64,000 nt of DNA, taken from Eledone cirrhosa (Eukaryota). Shown here one piece after another: positions 1 through 11,859 of the stretch. Location: the NCBI GenBank assembly GCA_964016885.1, contig OZ024750.1, forward strand, positions 54,312,001 to 54,376,000, given 5' to 3'. How positions within the stretch are numbered: position 1 is the stretch's first letter; the number at the start of each line of letters is the position of its first letter. A program made the translations under genes and the position numbers. Below the pieces are notes generated by a model that was given only the letters and a program-made list of their open reading frames with translations, did no database searches and was not told where the DNA came from.

Positions 1-114
1 TCGGTACGCCTGGCCGACTGAACTCACTCGATATGCAAATTAGGCTGCTCAGCCGTTAATTTTCATAAGGAAAGTATATACTTTCGAACGTTCAACTATC
101 TGGCAGAAGGGTAT

Positions 115-157
115 ACGGTGCTGATGATAGCTAACAAGCTTGAAACTAGTACATCGT
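115..157 (+). ncRNA. Minimal type I hammerhead ribozyme (Penelope-type)
   Basis: acggtg-CTGATGA-t agct aaca agct t-GAAA-ctag-TA-catcgt. Stem I acggtg/catcgt, stem II agct/agct, palindromic stem III ctag, GUA cleavage triplet. AATAAA and (TA)n follow downstream. Confidence 0.85.
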
Positions 158-306
158 TCCTGTGTCAGTGTTGAACAAAAAGGTGACGTGGTTGCCTTAA
201 CACCGTATGGCATAAATCAGGCTGTTCGCTTGTTTACAAACGGACAAAGCGAGCGTTATAATAAACGTTCGCTAAACTGATACGTACATATATATATGTG
301 TACCTG

Positions 307-308
<2 letters not shown>

Positions 309-364
<56 letters not shown>

Positions 365-475
365 TGCTACTGTACGTCTCTATACATATATGTATGTACG
401 TATACATACATACTTACATTTAAGTAAGTGCCGTACTAAGAGTGAGAAATGAAATTTCGTTTCATTATATTACAA

Positions 476-548
<73 letters not shown>

Positions 549-590
549 ATATATATGTATGTATATACATATATATGTATACACATAGCT
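309..590. repeat. (TA)n microsatellite tracts
   Basis: Pure TA runs at about 311-360 and 479-540. Confidence 0.95.
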
Positions 591-1211
591 TTATACAATA
601 CTAGCAGAATGGCCCGGCGTTACTCGGGATTCTAAACATAGATTGGCATGTTTATCCCTCCTTTCTGAAACAGTTTCGTCGTATGTTCACCAATTGATGC
701 AGAAGTCCAAATAAAAAGTGAAGTTTCCTTGGGTGTATAGGAAAATAATTTTCCATTAAGATTTTTCAAAAGTATGTAATGCGTTCCCTCTTTTTGTTGT
801 TGTTGTTTTTGCTACTGTTGTGTGATAGCAGCTGTTGGTCGTACTACTAACACAATCTCGTCCTTCTTCAGCCAATCGTGTATATGCCCTTCTGCCTCGT
901 CAGCAATGAGAACAATATTTGCTCTAGGGTTCTTATATATTTGATATATATTTATCCTTATCGAGCCTTTTGAAATAAATACGTTTGTTTATATTTTGTT
1001 TTTGTGTATGTAAATATATCTGTACACGAATATATAATTACATATATATATATAATATTAAGGATACTATTTATGGTTATGTATATACTAACACTTTTTA
1101 TAGTTATATATATTTTAAACCCTAAACAGTGAAGGTCAGTAATTTATTACTACCTTATTACCAGTAAGATAAATAGCTCAATGTAATCAGTTGTTCTACA
1201 GAGCAGTTATA

Positions 1212-2262
1212 TAGAATTCACAAGAATCAATTCACTTACAATTGTTTCATCCAAAACTAGGCTTGGAGTCTTCGGAGCATTTTTCAATGTTTGTACACAT
1301 AATTGACCTCTTTTCCAACGCAAGAGACATACAGATACATATATATATATTGATGTACAGTGGAGTGACATATATTATATTATTTCTGTATAGCAATTCA
1401 AATTCAAATTCAAAATCAAAATTAAAATTAAAACAAAATTAAAATCCATTCGGCAGTTAACACAGATAATGCAAGAGGATAGTTTGTTAGTCAGATGTAG
1501 TAGTTATTGTATGCGTTAGTTACACGTGGGGCATGCACGTGTGTCTCATTTATATATGATTATTGTGTGGCAGGGTGTTACAAGTAATACAAGCACTTTA
1601 AGCGGGTAAGTAAGAGTATTATGGAGGTTGTAGTGGTAAGGTATTTTTTGTATATAATAAAAAAGTATGTGTGCAGAAAAATAAAAATAAAAAAGGAGAA
1701 GCAAAAGAAAGTTATGGTTTTCGTATCCACCCCCATTTCACATTCAGGAAATGTAATATATAGTTTATACATCCATCACATAATTAACGATGATTCTGTA
1801 TTGGATGTTTGATGCATTAAATTAAATTATTTTAGCTTATTGCGGCTCAGTGTTCTTTAATCCAATTTTATAGAGTAGGTTGTTTCTGCTGCGAGAATTT
1901 ACATCAGTTTATTATCCGGAAGTATATGTGTAATTAAGGGGAGTTAATGCGTAAGGGGAGGTAACTAGCTGATTTCCATAACTAAATTTATTGTTCTAAC
2001 ATACATTATAAGGTGTCTCAATTGAGTCCCTTATATAGACGGTTATATATTTATATTCAGTTTCTAATTTTAAATGTTCCAATTAATATAAATATATAAC
2101 CGTCTATATAAGGGACTCAATACATGTATCTGTATGTCTCTTGCGTTGGAAAGGAGGTCAATTATGTGTACAAACATTGAAAAAGGCTCCAAGCCTAGGT
2201 TTGGATGAAACAATTGTAAGTGAATAAATGCTTTGAACATAACTTTGATTCTTGTGAATTCT
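1212..2262. mobile_element. Inverted pair of Penelope-like terminal repeat fragments
   Basis: About 1212-1340 is the reverse complement of about 2124-2262. A further hairpin lies at 2023-2120. Confidence 0.6.
1233..1279 (-). ncRNA. Hammerhead ribozyme, CCGAAGA core variant
   Basis: Reverse complement reads tgct-CCGAAGA-ctccaagcctagttttggat-GAAA-caattg-TA-agtg. Same family as 28602-28648 and the core-deleted inverted copy at about 2185-2222. Confidence 0.7.
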
Positions 2263-2283
2263 CTCTCTCTCTATATATATATA

Positions 2284-3164
2284 CTAGCAGTAAAGCCCGG
2301 CGTTGCTCGGGGTCGCTCAGTAGCTGTGTTAGAGTTACAATGTTAAGTTTCTTTTTTGGCTTAAAAACTGTAGTGTCTACTGTGCAGACTTGCATGTGGT
2401 GTTTTTGATTAATATTCCCTCAACCAACAATATGCCTTATGAAGTTAAGAAAACATAACGATAACCCCAATGTTATAACAAAAGAGGATGCTGGGGATAG
2501 AAACTGCACTGGTTATTTATTAACAAAGATCGAAAATGTAAACACTGCAACGCAGAGAAAAACATTAGCGTAACCAAATTATCAGTTATGTCTGTCTGCA
2601 CGCCTATATCACCTCTCTGCACGACTGTCTGTCTGCACGCCTATATCACCTCTCTGCACGACTGTCTGTCTGCACGCCTATATCACCTCTCTTCACGACT
2701 GTCTGTCTGCACGACTGTCTGTCTGCACGCCTAACGACGAAATATTTGCTTGTTTTACGTAGTCTTTAAATAGACTTGTTTTCAAGTAAAAATATTGTTT
2801 TAAAATGCTTTTAAATGGAAATGAAGCAAAACGGAAGCCTAGTGTTCGAACTGATGAATTTTGCAGGTCAATATTTTGCTGGCTCGACAACTGTTAAAGC
2901 CAGCGTAATTTTTTACGTAAGACGCTCAATGTAAACAGAACAAAGGGAAATAACTGATAACTTACGCTCAAAAATCGATACATTATATTCGATTTCGTCA
3001 CATAGGGTGGGTCAATTTGAAATTTTTTTTTTCCGATGTCTTCGCTAGGGCTCAATGTACAAGTATAGCAATTTCGGTGCAATTCCGTGAGAGATTCTAA
3101 GAGGAGATGTGTGCCAAAAATCGATAGACAGACAGACAACCACAGTTTTATATATATATATAGA
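2284..3164 (-). mobile_element. Non-autonomous Helitron (copy 1) with internal 37-bp VNTR
   Basis: 5' TC, 3' cccgagcaacgccggg hairpin plus CTAG, inserted between A and T. Near-identical to 48591-49591. About 3 copies of the 37-bp unit at 2589-2700. Confidence 0.85.
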
Positions 3165-3322
3165 TTAAAATAACAGATTAAAGAATTCTATATATATATA
3201 TATATTAAAATAACAGATTAAAGTTTAAGCGAAGAATCGCTGCTTTCACCACTAACGGGATCTTCTGAAACTAAAAGAATCAATCTGTGAATGCAGAAGT
3301 AAATATTTCGAAAAACGTTACA

Positions 3323-3384
<62 letters not shown>

Positions 3385-3814
3385 TATTTATACATACACA
3401 CACACACACACACAGATAGTGTCATAATGTCGTAACGCAGACAGCCAGACATACAGACAGATATTATAAGGGCGCAACGTTATAGCTATGTATCTATCTA
3501 AAAAGACAGACTAAGAAAGAGAGGAATGTCGCTAAATCGCCTAAAGCGGTCCCTAGGGCATTGAAAATTTGAAATATTCTTTGCTCAATACACTTTTACG
3601 ACCATAAGTATTATGTGTAAAGTTTGAAAAAAGTCGGTTGGGTGGTTCTCGAGTTTTAGGGAGTCAGACAGACAGACAGACATTCTCTGTTTTAGATATA
3701 TAGATGTATATAGAAATTTCGTATTTCTAAAGAAATACGATTTTAGGAAGCCATAGCTATGCAAACACCGGGGCTAACGCCCTCTGGTGGTGTCCAGCAA
3801 AAGCAAAGGGGTCA

Positions 3815-3858
3815 ATCGTCTATGCATTTCAGGCTTGACTGGCCTTCGTCAGGACGGT
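3815..3858 (-). ncRNA. Minimal hammerhead ribozyme with canonical core
   Basis: Reverse complement reads accgtc-CTGACGA-aggc cagtcaa gcct-GAAA-tgca-TA-gacgat. Stem I cgtc/gacg, palindromic stem III tgca. Confidence 0.85.
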
Positions 3859-3989
3859 CCCTCCCACCACTTGCTACTGCTGGACTTGAAAACAGTCGAG
3901 AATATATAGTTTTCTCATCTGTGTAAATGAGGTGATTAATCTCATTTGCATATGAAGCAGCATAAAGTTTTCAATGAACCCTCCATATA

Positions 3990-4360
3990 GGTATGTGGTC
4001 AAAAACTGAATGTTGCTGACAGATTTGTGTATTTGGGGAGTACTCTGAGTGTGACCTGCTCTCTGGATGCAGAAGTTGGTTTACGTGTTATTAAGGCAAG
4101 TGAGTCATTTGAAGGCTCAATGACCGTCTGTGGTGCAGGCGAGGAATCACAATGAGGACCAAGGTGAGAGTGTATGCTGCATGTGTACTGTCAGCATTGC
4201 TGTATGTGTGTGAGACATTGGTTGCCTACACATAGCATATCAAAAGACTGGAACGATTTCACCAGCAGTGTTTCAGGAAGATGCTCAGTATTAAGTGGTA
4301 GATGCATATCAGTGATGTTGAGGTCCTTGAGAGAAGTGAGTTTGCATGCTCTGGTGGATA
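3990..4360 (+). mobile_element. RTE/BovB-type LINE fragment (RT C-terminal region)
   Basis: Translates with breaks to DRFVYLGSTLS, TKVRVYAACVLSALLY and IKRLERFHQQCFRKML. Confidence 0.8.
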
Positions 4361-4419
4361 TGTAATAGTAATATACGTGAACAGTAAAGCGTAGATGAAT
4401 TGAGAGAGAGACTAAATAT

Positions 4420-5022
4420 AGGAATCAAATGCTGTGTGCAGGAGAGGAGATTACATTGGTATGGACATGTGATGCGTATAAAGGTGGAGAGTGCTAAATG
4501 TCGATGGAAGCCTTAGAGTGGGGAGACCCAAGAAGACCTGGGTTGATAAACTCTGATCTTGCCCAATTGCCTCACTCAAAGACGATGACACAGTACCAAA
4601 ACCTCTGGTGTTGCGCAGTAATACAGAAGACCCGACTTCCCACGAGCATAAGCTGAAGCATATATACAGTATCCCCCAACCCACCTTCCTATACACCCCA
4701 ATGAGGATTGGCAAAAGTAAATGCATTCAGTGAAGCCCTCAGCCCACACTGTAAAATGGTCATGATGGTGACACAGCAAAAAGTGCCCAGCCCACACTGT
4801 AAAGTGGTCGTGTAGGCGTCACGACAAAAACACCCAGCCCACACTGTAAAGTGGTCAAGTAGGCTTCATGACAAAAAGCACCCAGTACTCACTGTAAATG
4901 AGGTTGGCGCTAGGAAGAGCATCCAGCTGTAGAAAACCAGCCAGAAACAGTTCTATATGAGCAAGATACGTGAAACCCATGCTAGTGTGGAAGATGGATG
5001 TTAAACAATGATGAGGATGATA
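4420..5022 (+). mobile_element. 3' end of RTE LINE with shared LINE/SINE tail
   Basis: RRLHWYGHVMR and GRPKKTW motifs, then cacccag..cactgtaaa repeats, catccagctgtagaaa and a (GAT)n-like end. Confidence 0.75.
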
Positions 5023-6420
5023 CATACATATATTCTTTATTATGGCTAAGAAGTGAGTCCTGTTATTCTTGACAGAGAGAGAGAGAGAGTCAAATTTAGC
5101 AACAGGCCAGCGGTACCTTAGAATTGTCTTCACTTAAAGATACTATAAACATTTGAATTAAGAAACACATTTGTAGACTTTTCTACTAAATTATTACAGG
5201 AGGTTAAGATTGGTAGCATAAAGTCCCTATTTATGGAAGATTTGAAGTTATTCATAAAGGAAGAGAAAAATATCAAATAGACTCTTTATGGCAAACATTA
5301 GATGGATTAAGTGAAGGTATTAGGGTGGAATTTGAGATTAAAAAACCCCCAAAACTGTGGAGGTTTTATGATGAAAATAGGAGAGGTAGTGGAAAGTAGT
5401 GGTATATGGTTAACAGATAAGGAAAGTATAAAACAGGGAGGGAAAGCTATAAATACTTTGGTAGAATAGAAGCAGATCAGATATAGGAAACTTACAACTA
5501 ATACAAAGAAACATTAGCCAACGAGACGAAGGAGCCTCTAAATGGTTGTTCAGCATGCTAGAAATAGCAGACAAACTAAATCTTCCAAATCACATCTGAA
5601 AAACATATATAATAAGGATGTGGTTAGATTTTGTTAGGGCTGAATTAAAGTAACTAAGTACTCTGGGCTAGAGAACCTTTGCCCTACCTCCCTATTTCCT
5701 GTCCCCCTCCCTCCTCCCCTGTCTGTCAGAGGAAGCTGGATCTGACTTGATGTAACATACAAAAATGTGGAGATAATTATCATGTGGATAGCAAATAGAT
5801 GACCCTTCCCCGCTAGCTACTCAGCAGGATTAAAGTAACTAGAGTCCCTAAGCTAGAGAACATTTTCAGCTCCCCACACACAAACAGCATCTGATATCAA
5901 ATGAAAATTAAAAAGTACATAAAAATAGACCAACACATAGAAGGATGTTGAGATTCCAGTATTGATCCATGTTCACCTCAAAAACAGAGGTGACACACAA
6001 AAATGGGGCCAGACTAAAGCAACTAGGAGCCATAGACTAGAGAACATTTGGAGTCCTCAATACTTGCTTGCAAGAAACCTGATGAAAATTAAAAGTAGAC
6101 AAATATAATCCTACACATAGAATGATGTTGAGATTTCAGCATCAATTGAAGCCATCCTTTAAAACAGAGGCGACATCCAGTAAAAGGAAATATATTGAAT
6201 AACAATTATATTTTAAATTTTGACCAAAGTATTGCTCCGTAGCTATATGTTAATATCTAAATATATATTTAAAATAGGACATGTTCCCACAATTATAACA
6301 TTCTAAATTTTAACAAAAAATGTTGTTTCATTTTATTATAAATCTTTTGTCCTGGATACACCATATCATGTTAAATTAAAACAGAAATAAGATGAACATT
6401 GCTGGAAAATAAAGGTGTTA

Positions 6421-6873
6421 CAACCAGGGGGCTGACCTAGGGCTAAACAACAACATAATATGTTGGTCTGCTCAACCAGGGGGCTGACCTAGGGCTAAAT
6501 AACAACATAATATGTTGGTCTGCTCAACCTGGGGGGCTGACCTAGGGCTAAACAACAACATATGTTGGTCTGCTCAACCAGGGGGCTGACCTAGGGCTAA
6601 GCAACAACATAATATGTTGGTCTGCTCAACCAGGGGGCTGACCTAGGGCTAAATAACAACATAATATATTGGTCTGCTGAACCTGGGGGCTGACCTAGGG
6701 CTAAACAACAACATAATATGTTGGTCTGCTCAACCAGGGGGCTGACCTAGGGCTAAATAACAACATAATATGTTGGTCTGCTCAACCAGGGGGCTGACCT
6801 AGGGCTAAACAACAACATATGTTGGTCTGCTCAACCTGGGGGGCTGACCTAGGGCTAAACAACAACATAATAT
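6421..6873. repeat. About 52-bp minisatellite (about 9 units)
   Basis: Unit caaccagggggctgacctagggctaaacaacaacataatatgttggtctgct. Confidence 0.95.
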
Positions 6874-7384
6874 GACGGAACAGTTTAGAAAAGATAAGAT
6901 TATTTTAGAATATTAAATTTTAGCTAAATGGTAAAAAATAACATTTTATCCATTAAGATATAAACCTTATCTTCTGTTAATGCTTTTGATACCAAACTTT
7001 GAAACAGAATCTGGTTCAATGATACAAGACTGTTTATTTTAAAGTATTTATATTTACCTAAATACCCTCTATCATAATTTTATGTAACACCCTTTTTTAA
7101 ATAATGTTCCAAACACCAGTTTAATAATGAGAAAGTTTTCTTGATTATTCTCAAAATTATTTCAAAATCATAAGCAGTTTGTTTCATTCAAAATATGATA
7201 ATGAAAAATTTAAAATGTATATATATACCCGTCTAACCCATGCTAGCGTGGAAGATGGACGTTAAACGATGATGATGATGATGATGATGATGATATTTAT
7301 CTAAAAGCCTTCCATCAAAATTTTACGTAGGAACCTTTGATAAGTTTTGTTTCAAACACCAGCTTAATAATGATTTCTGATTTA

Positions 7385-7555
7385 GGTATAAGGCCAACAA
7401 TTTGGCAGGAGACGAAGGTCGATTAAATTGACTCCAGTGGTACTTTATTTTATCAACCTTGTAAGGACGAAAGGCATTTAAACTCAGAACATAAAGGGAC
7501 GTAACTATATGCCACAAAGCATGATGTCCGACACTACTGATTCTGCCAATCCACA
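7385..7555 (-). mobile_element. tRNA-derived SINE (octopus OR-like), degenerate
   Basis: Reverse complement contains ttctgagttt-aaatgccttt..gataaaataaagtacc..ttgttggcctt, matching the other copies. Confidence 0.7.
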
Positions 7556-7839
7556 TATTATTAAACCCCTCAAGATTTTTGATTATTTTCGAAATGATTT
7601 GAAAGCCATAGGCAGTGTCTTTCATTAGAAATATAGTAATGAAAGGGTTAAGTTATGAGGGAGGAATTCTAATATGGAATAAAGAGAAGGTTAATTTGAT
7701 TATGAAACACAGGAACAGCAATGGCCATATATGGAGAAATACACAACAAAAATAGTTTTAACAGGATTTATAATAGCGAAAGGAGGAAATGATTAGTTGT
7801 GAAGAATGTATATTATATACAGTGTTGTAAAAGAGAGAT

Positions 7840-9514
7840 GGAGCCACATCCGTGACGCCACTTACAAGACTATTGTCGACACTTTTGGAAGGAGAAAGCA
7901 GAAAATCCCTGGTTTGAGGCTGGAATTGTGGACCTCAAGCAAGCCATCTCATCTAAGAGAACTGCCTTATTCAACCACAAGCAAGACCCCTGTGAAAAAA
8001 CACTTGCCACCCTTAGGAGGGCCAGAAGTGATGCCCAACGAATTGCTAGACAGTGCACCAACAACTACTGGCGGAACGTATGTCAAGGCAGCCAACTGTC
8101 CGCTGACTGCGGCAACATTCAAGCCATGTATGAGGGTATGAAAAAGGCCTTTGGCCAATGCACCATCACGATCGCCCCGCTGAAGTCTATCATAGGCAAA
8201 ATCATCACCGATCGTGCAGAGCTAATGGAGACATGGGCAGAACACTACCAAGAGCTATACTCGAGGGAGACTATTGTTGCAGACTCGACTGTGGAAAACA
8301 CAAGCCCCCTGCCAATCATGGAAGAACTCAATTAGCTGCGCACCACCAAGGAGCTCAGCAAGGCTATCGATTCTTTGGCCAGGGGGAAAGCCCCAGGAAA
8401 TGATGGCATCCTGTTCTCCCTGCTGCTGTGCTGTGCCTTTGGTCAATCTGAAGAGGGCATCTATTTTCACACCAGAGGCGATAGCAGCCTGTTTAACTTC
8501 GCACGCCTCTATGCAAAGACCAAAGTACAAAATGTTCTCATTCATGTGATGCTGTTTGCTGACGATGCCACCCTGACGACACTCACCAAGGCTGCCCTCT
8601 TAGAGCTCTTACCAGCAAAGAGTTTGGTCTCATGATCAGCATCAAAAAGACCAACATCCTGGGCCAAGATGAAAGCTTGGCTCCCTGCATCTCCATCATC
8701 AACTGTACCCTTGACGTGGTGGAAGACTTTACATACCTTAGCTCCACCATCTCCAGCAGCCTCAGCCTGGACATCAAACTGAACTCAAGGATCGGCAAAA
8801 CATCAGCAGCAATGGCCCGCCGGTCAAAGTGAGTGTGGGAAAACTCCATGCTATCAAGTGTAAAGTGTACCAAGCCTGCGTGCTGAGTACACTGCTGTAT
8901 GGGAGTGAGGCCTGGACTCCATACTCCTGCCAAGAATGCAGGCTCAACACCTTTCACCTATGCTACCTCAGGAGGATCCTCGGTATTTCATGGCAGGACC
9001 ACATCCCTAACAAGGATGTCTTAGCACGGGCAGGAACCCCAGCATATTTGCCCTGCTCATAAAGAGACGCTTACATTGGCTTGGCCATGTTAGCCGCATG
9101 CAGGATGGCAGAATATCCAAAGACATTTTGTATGGTGAGCTTACCAGTGGCTCCAGACCCAGAGGAAGGACCATACTCCGCTATAAAGATGTGTGCAAGT
9201 GGGACCTCATGGCAGGTGGTGTTGCACCAGCAGGCCTTGAAGTGGTGGCAGCTGACCACAGCAGCTGGCAACTTGCCATCAAGTCAGCCATTAAAACATC
9301 AAAGCAGAGGAGAGAGGAGCAGTGGGAAGAAAGAAGAGCACGCAGATGTCAGAGAATAGAGTCAGTGTCCTTGGACGACATCATCTTCACATGCAGCAAC
9401 AGGACCTGCCGTTCAAGGATCGGGCTCAACAGTCACAGCCGGCGCTTCCACTACAGACTGAATTCCATGACGCAATCTCCATTGTCTCCTGAGACAGACG
9501 GATGCCAGAGATAG
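7840..9514 (+). mobile_element. RTE/BovB-type LINE relic with internal RT deletion
   Basis: WAEHYQELYS, GKAPGNDGI fused directly to LFSLLL, LFADDA, FTYLSSTI, LLYGSEAW, GRISKDILYGEL and a C-terminal CxxC..H. Multiple frameshifts. Confidence 0.9.
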
Positions 9515-9592
9515 GAAAATAGTGTAATATGTAGGGGCTAGTGTGGAACTCTGCTGCTGTAAAAAATTAGGGAAAAACTGGAATAGTTTATT

Positions 9593-9925
9593 TAACCATT
9601 ACCATGTATCCTGTGTCTATTATTTTCAAATAATTTAGAAAATACTAACTTTCCCATGATTAAACTGGAGTTTGGAGTATAATTTAACAAAGGTTCTTAA
9701 ATAAAATTAGGATGGAATATTTTTAGATATAAACACTTTAAATAACTAGTTTTATATCTAATGAAAGACACAGTTTATAATTTTCAGATTATTTTGAGAA
9801 GATTCAAGAACTTGAAGGGATTTAGTAATATAACTTTTTCATTATTTATCTGATAAAAATTCCTTAAAATGAGTGGTTTTCATAGAATCAATCAGTTTTG
9901 GCCTTGTTGGTGTCAAAAGGGTTAA
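9593..9925. mobile_element. TTAA-flanked MITE-like DNA transposon relic
   Basis: ttaacc...aaagggttaa termini. Related sequence at about 6970-7650, 14190-14283 and 49600-49964. Confidence 0.5.
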
Positions 9926-10009
9926 TGTATTTTATAAGTGAATGTAATAAATTTTAGGGAATAAATCATTAAGAATTTCATAGAAAGTGCAATTACATTG
10001 TGAAAGAGT

Positions 10010-10150
10010 AATCACCTATTATAGAGATTGTTTCCATTTTCTTTCTCCATATACAGGTTGTCTCTATTTTTAGATCTTTATATTTTGATAATTTCTCCAT
10101 TTCTTTGAGGGATATATGGTTAACTGTTGGAACTGATACGTCAATCTTAT
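10010..10150 (-). mobile_element. R4/Dong-type LINE restriction-like endonuclease fragment
   Basis: IDVSVP..ISLKEMEKLSKYKDLKIE..IW..ISIIG matches the RLE C-terminal pattern. Confidence 0.7.
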
Positions 10151-11054
10151 TATAATTCTTGGTATGTTTTGTCCATTTGTTCATATGTTATGCTTTAGTT
10201 ACATACACATAAATGCATAAACAGATACACAGACAACAGAACTGAAAACACACACACACATACACACACACATCTACTCATCCATATTCATAAATAGACG
10301 TATTATATAAAATAATTGTTACATACACACACCTCTATATAATAATTGAGGAAGGAAGGGCCTGGTGAAAGTCTATAGCGATGAGTTTTCCAAAATTAGC
10401 TACACTTGTGTGAGTGTGTTTTGTGTGTGTGTGTGTTTGTGCATTTATATTTATATACTCATACATATACATATACACACACAATTGTAATGAATTGTGT
10501 GTGTATGTACAGAGATGTGAGGAAATGAATGAAGAATATAATTTAGAGCAAGGTAGACTAAGACAACAGGAGAGAAGAAATACAACTAGACGAATGTCTC
10601 TTAAATAGCTCCTCTTAAATTTTTCATCCATGGAATTTCCAAGGGTTTTGCTGTAGTTAAGAGTAATTTCTTTTCTTGGTTTGACTTTGATAACAATATC
10701 AGTTCAATTAGTATTGACCTCCCTGTCTGGATGTATTGGAATTTCCCATAATGGAAGAATGCACAAATATTGGAAAATACAGACTGATTGGCATGTTTGA
10801 TAGCTGATTTGGAACTTCTTTGTGGAAAGATAATACTGGAACTGGACAATTCTGCATTCAATAGATATTTGGGACAGATAAAGGTATAACTCTCTGTGTG
10901 AAAGCTATGTGAATGCAAATAATAATAAATATTTTGACAGAGTCAAAACAAACCAATATACATACATACATAGGTAAAATATAACCTGTGCCATTAAGAC
11001 ATTAACAGTCCAAACACGTGATTTTGTATTATTTGATTGGAACAGGTGACAAAT

Positions 11055-11215
11055 TGGCAGAATTAGTAGTGTCAGACACAATAATTTATGATATTTACAC
11101 TGGCTCTTTATATTCTGAGTTCAAATCACACCAAGGTCAATTTTGCCATTCATCTTTTCGGGGTTAATAAAGTAGCAGTCCCGTACTCGAATCAACATTC
11201 CCTCTAATTTTTCCC
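11055..11215 (+). mobile_element. tRNA-derived SINE (OR-like), degenerate
   Basis: tggcagaatt..ttctgagttcaaatc..ttttgccattcatcttttcgggg. Confidence 0.7.
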
Positions 11216-11859
11216 CAACCATTGAACAGAATATTTGACAAGTTGTTGCAAAAATATTACAAATTCTAAGCTACTGCAACATTTCAATGCTACTGAATTA
11301 CCAGTGTACAGCACCAGTGTACAGCACCAGTACAGCAACTGTGCAGATGTATACATGTGCAGTTTAGAGAGAACACTGACTTTCTTGATTAAACTGGAAC
11401 ACAAGAGAGCTAGATCTTATAGTAGGCATAGTTTAAAACAACATTTACAATAGTGAACTCACAAATGTCCCATAAAATGATCATGGTGTTTTATGCGTTT
11501 TCTTGACCTGTTAGAAGTAGCAGCCAAATACCCCTTAAATCACACAACCTACTGTCTTATAAAAGGTTTGATATATTAGATAATGAAATACCAATAAAAT
11601 CACACAGCCTAATTATAAAAGGTATTATATATTAGATAATGAAAATAAAAGACAGAATAATTATGGCTAGATTTTTTTTCATAAAGGATCTACTTGGTTA
11701 AAGCTGACTTGGAGCTAAACAACACCAGCTAAACCAAACCATCTAAAATCACATCTGGTTCCTCTAAGTTATACTGCAAATACCATCTTAATAAAAAAGG
11801 TATCTTATACAGACTTCATAAATCAGAGGTTAATAGAAAAAAATACAATAGATAATCTA

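Larger units (their letters stand above)
601..3704 (-). mobile_element. Outer non-autonomous Helitron carrying nested insertions
   Basis: On the minus strand the 3' end is a cccgagtaacgccggg hairpin plus CTAG at 601, and the 5' end is TC-tatat with (gaca)n at 3704. Flanks are A (600) and T (3705). Pairing these two ends into one element is an inference. Confidence 0.6.

Noticed and set aside
31-40. Octamer ATGCAAAT (also inverted at about 3944)
   Set aside because: There is no associated snRNA or gene, and such a match is expected by chance.
865-910. CTGACGA and CTGAAGA on the minus strand as a hammerhead
   Set aside because: No properly placed GAAA or closing stems.
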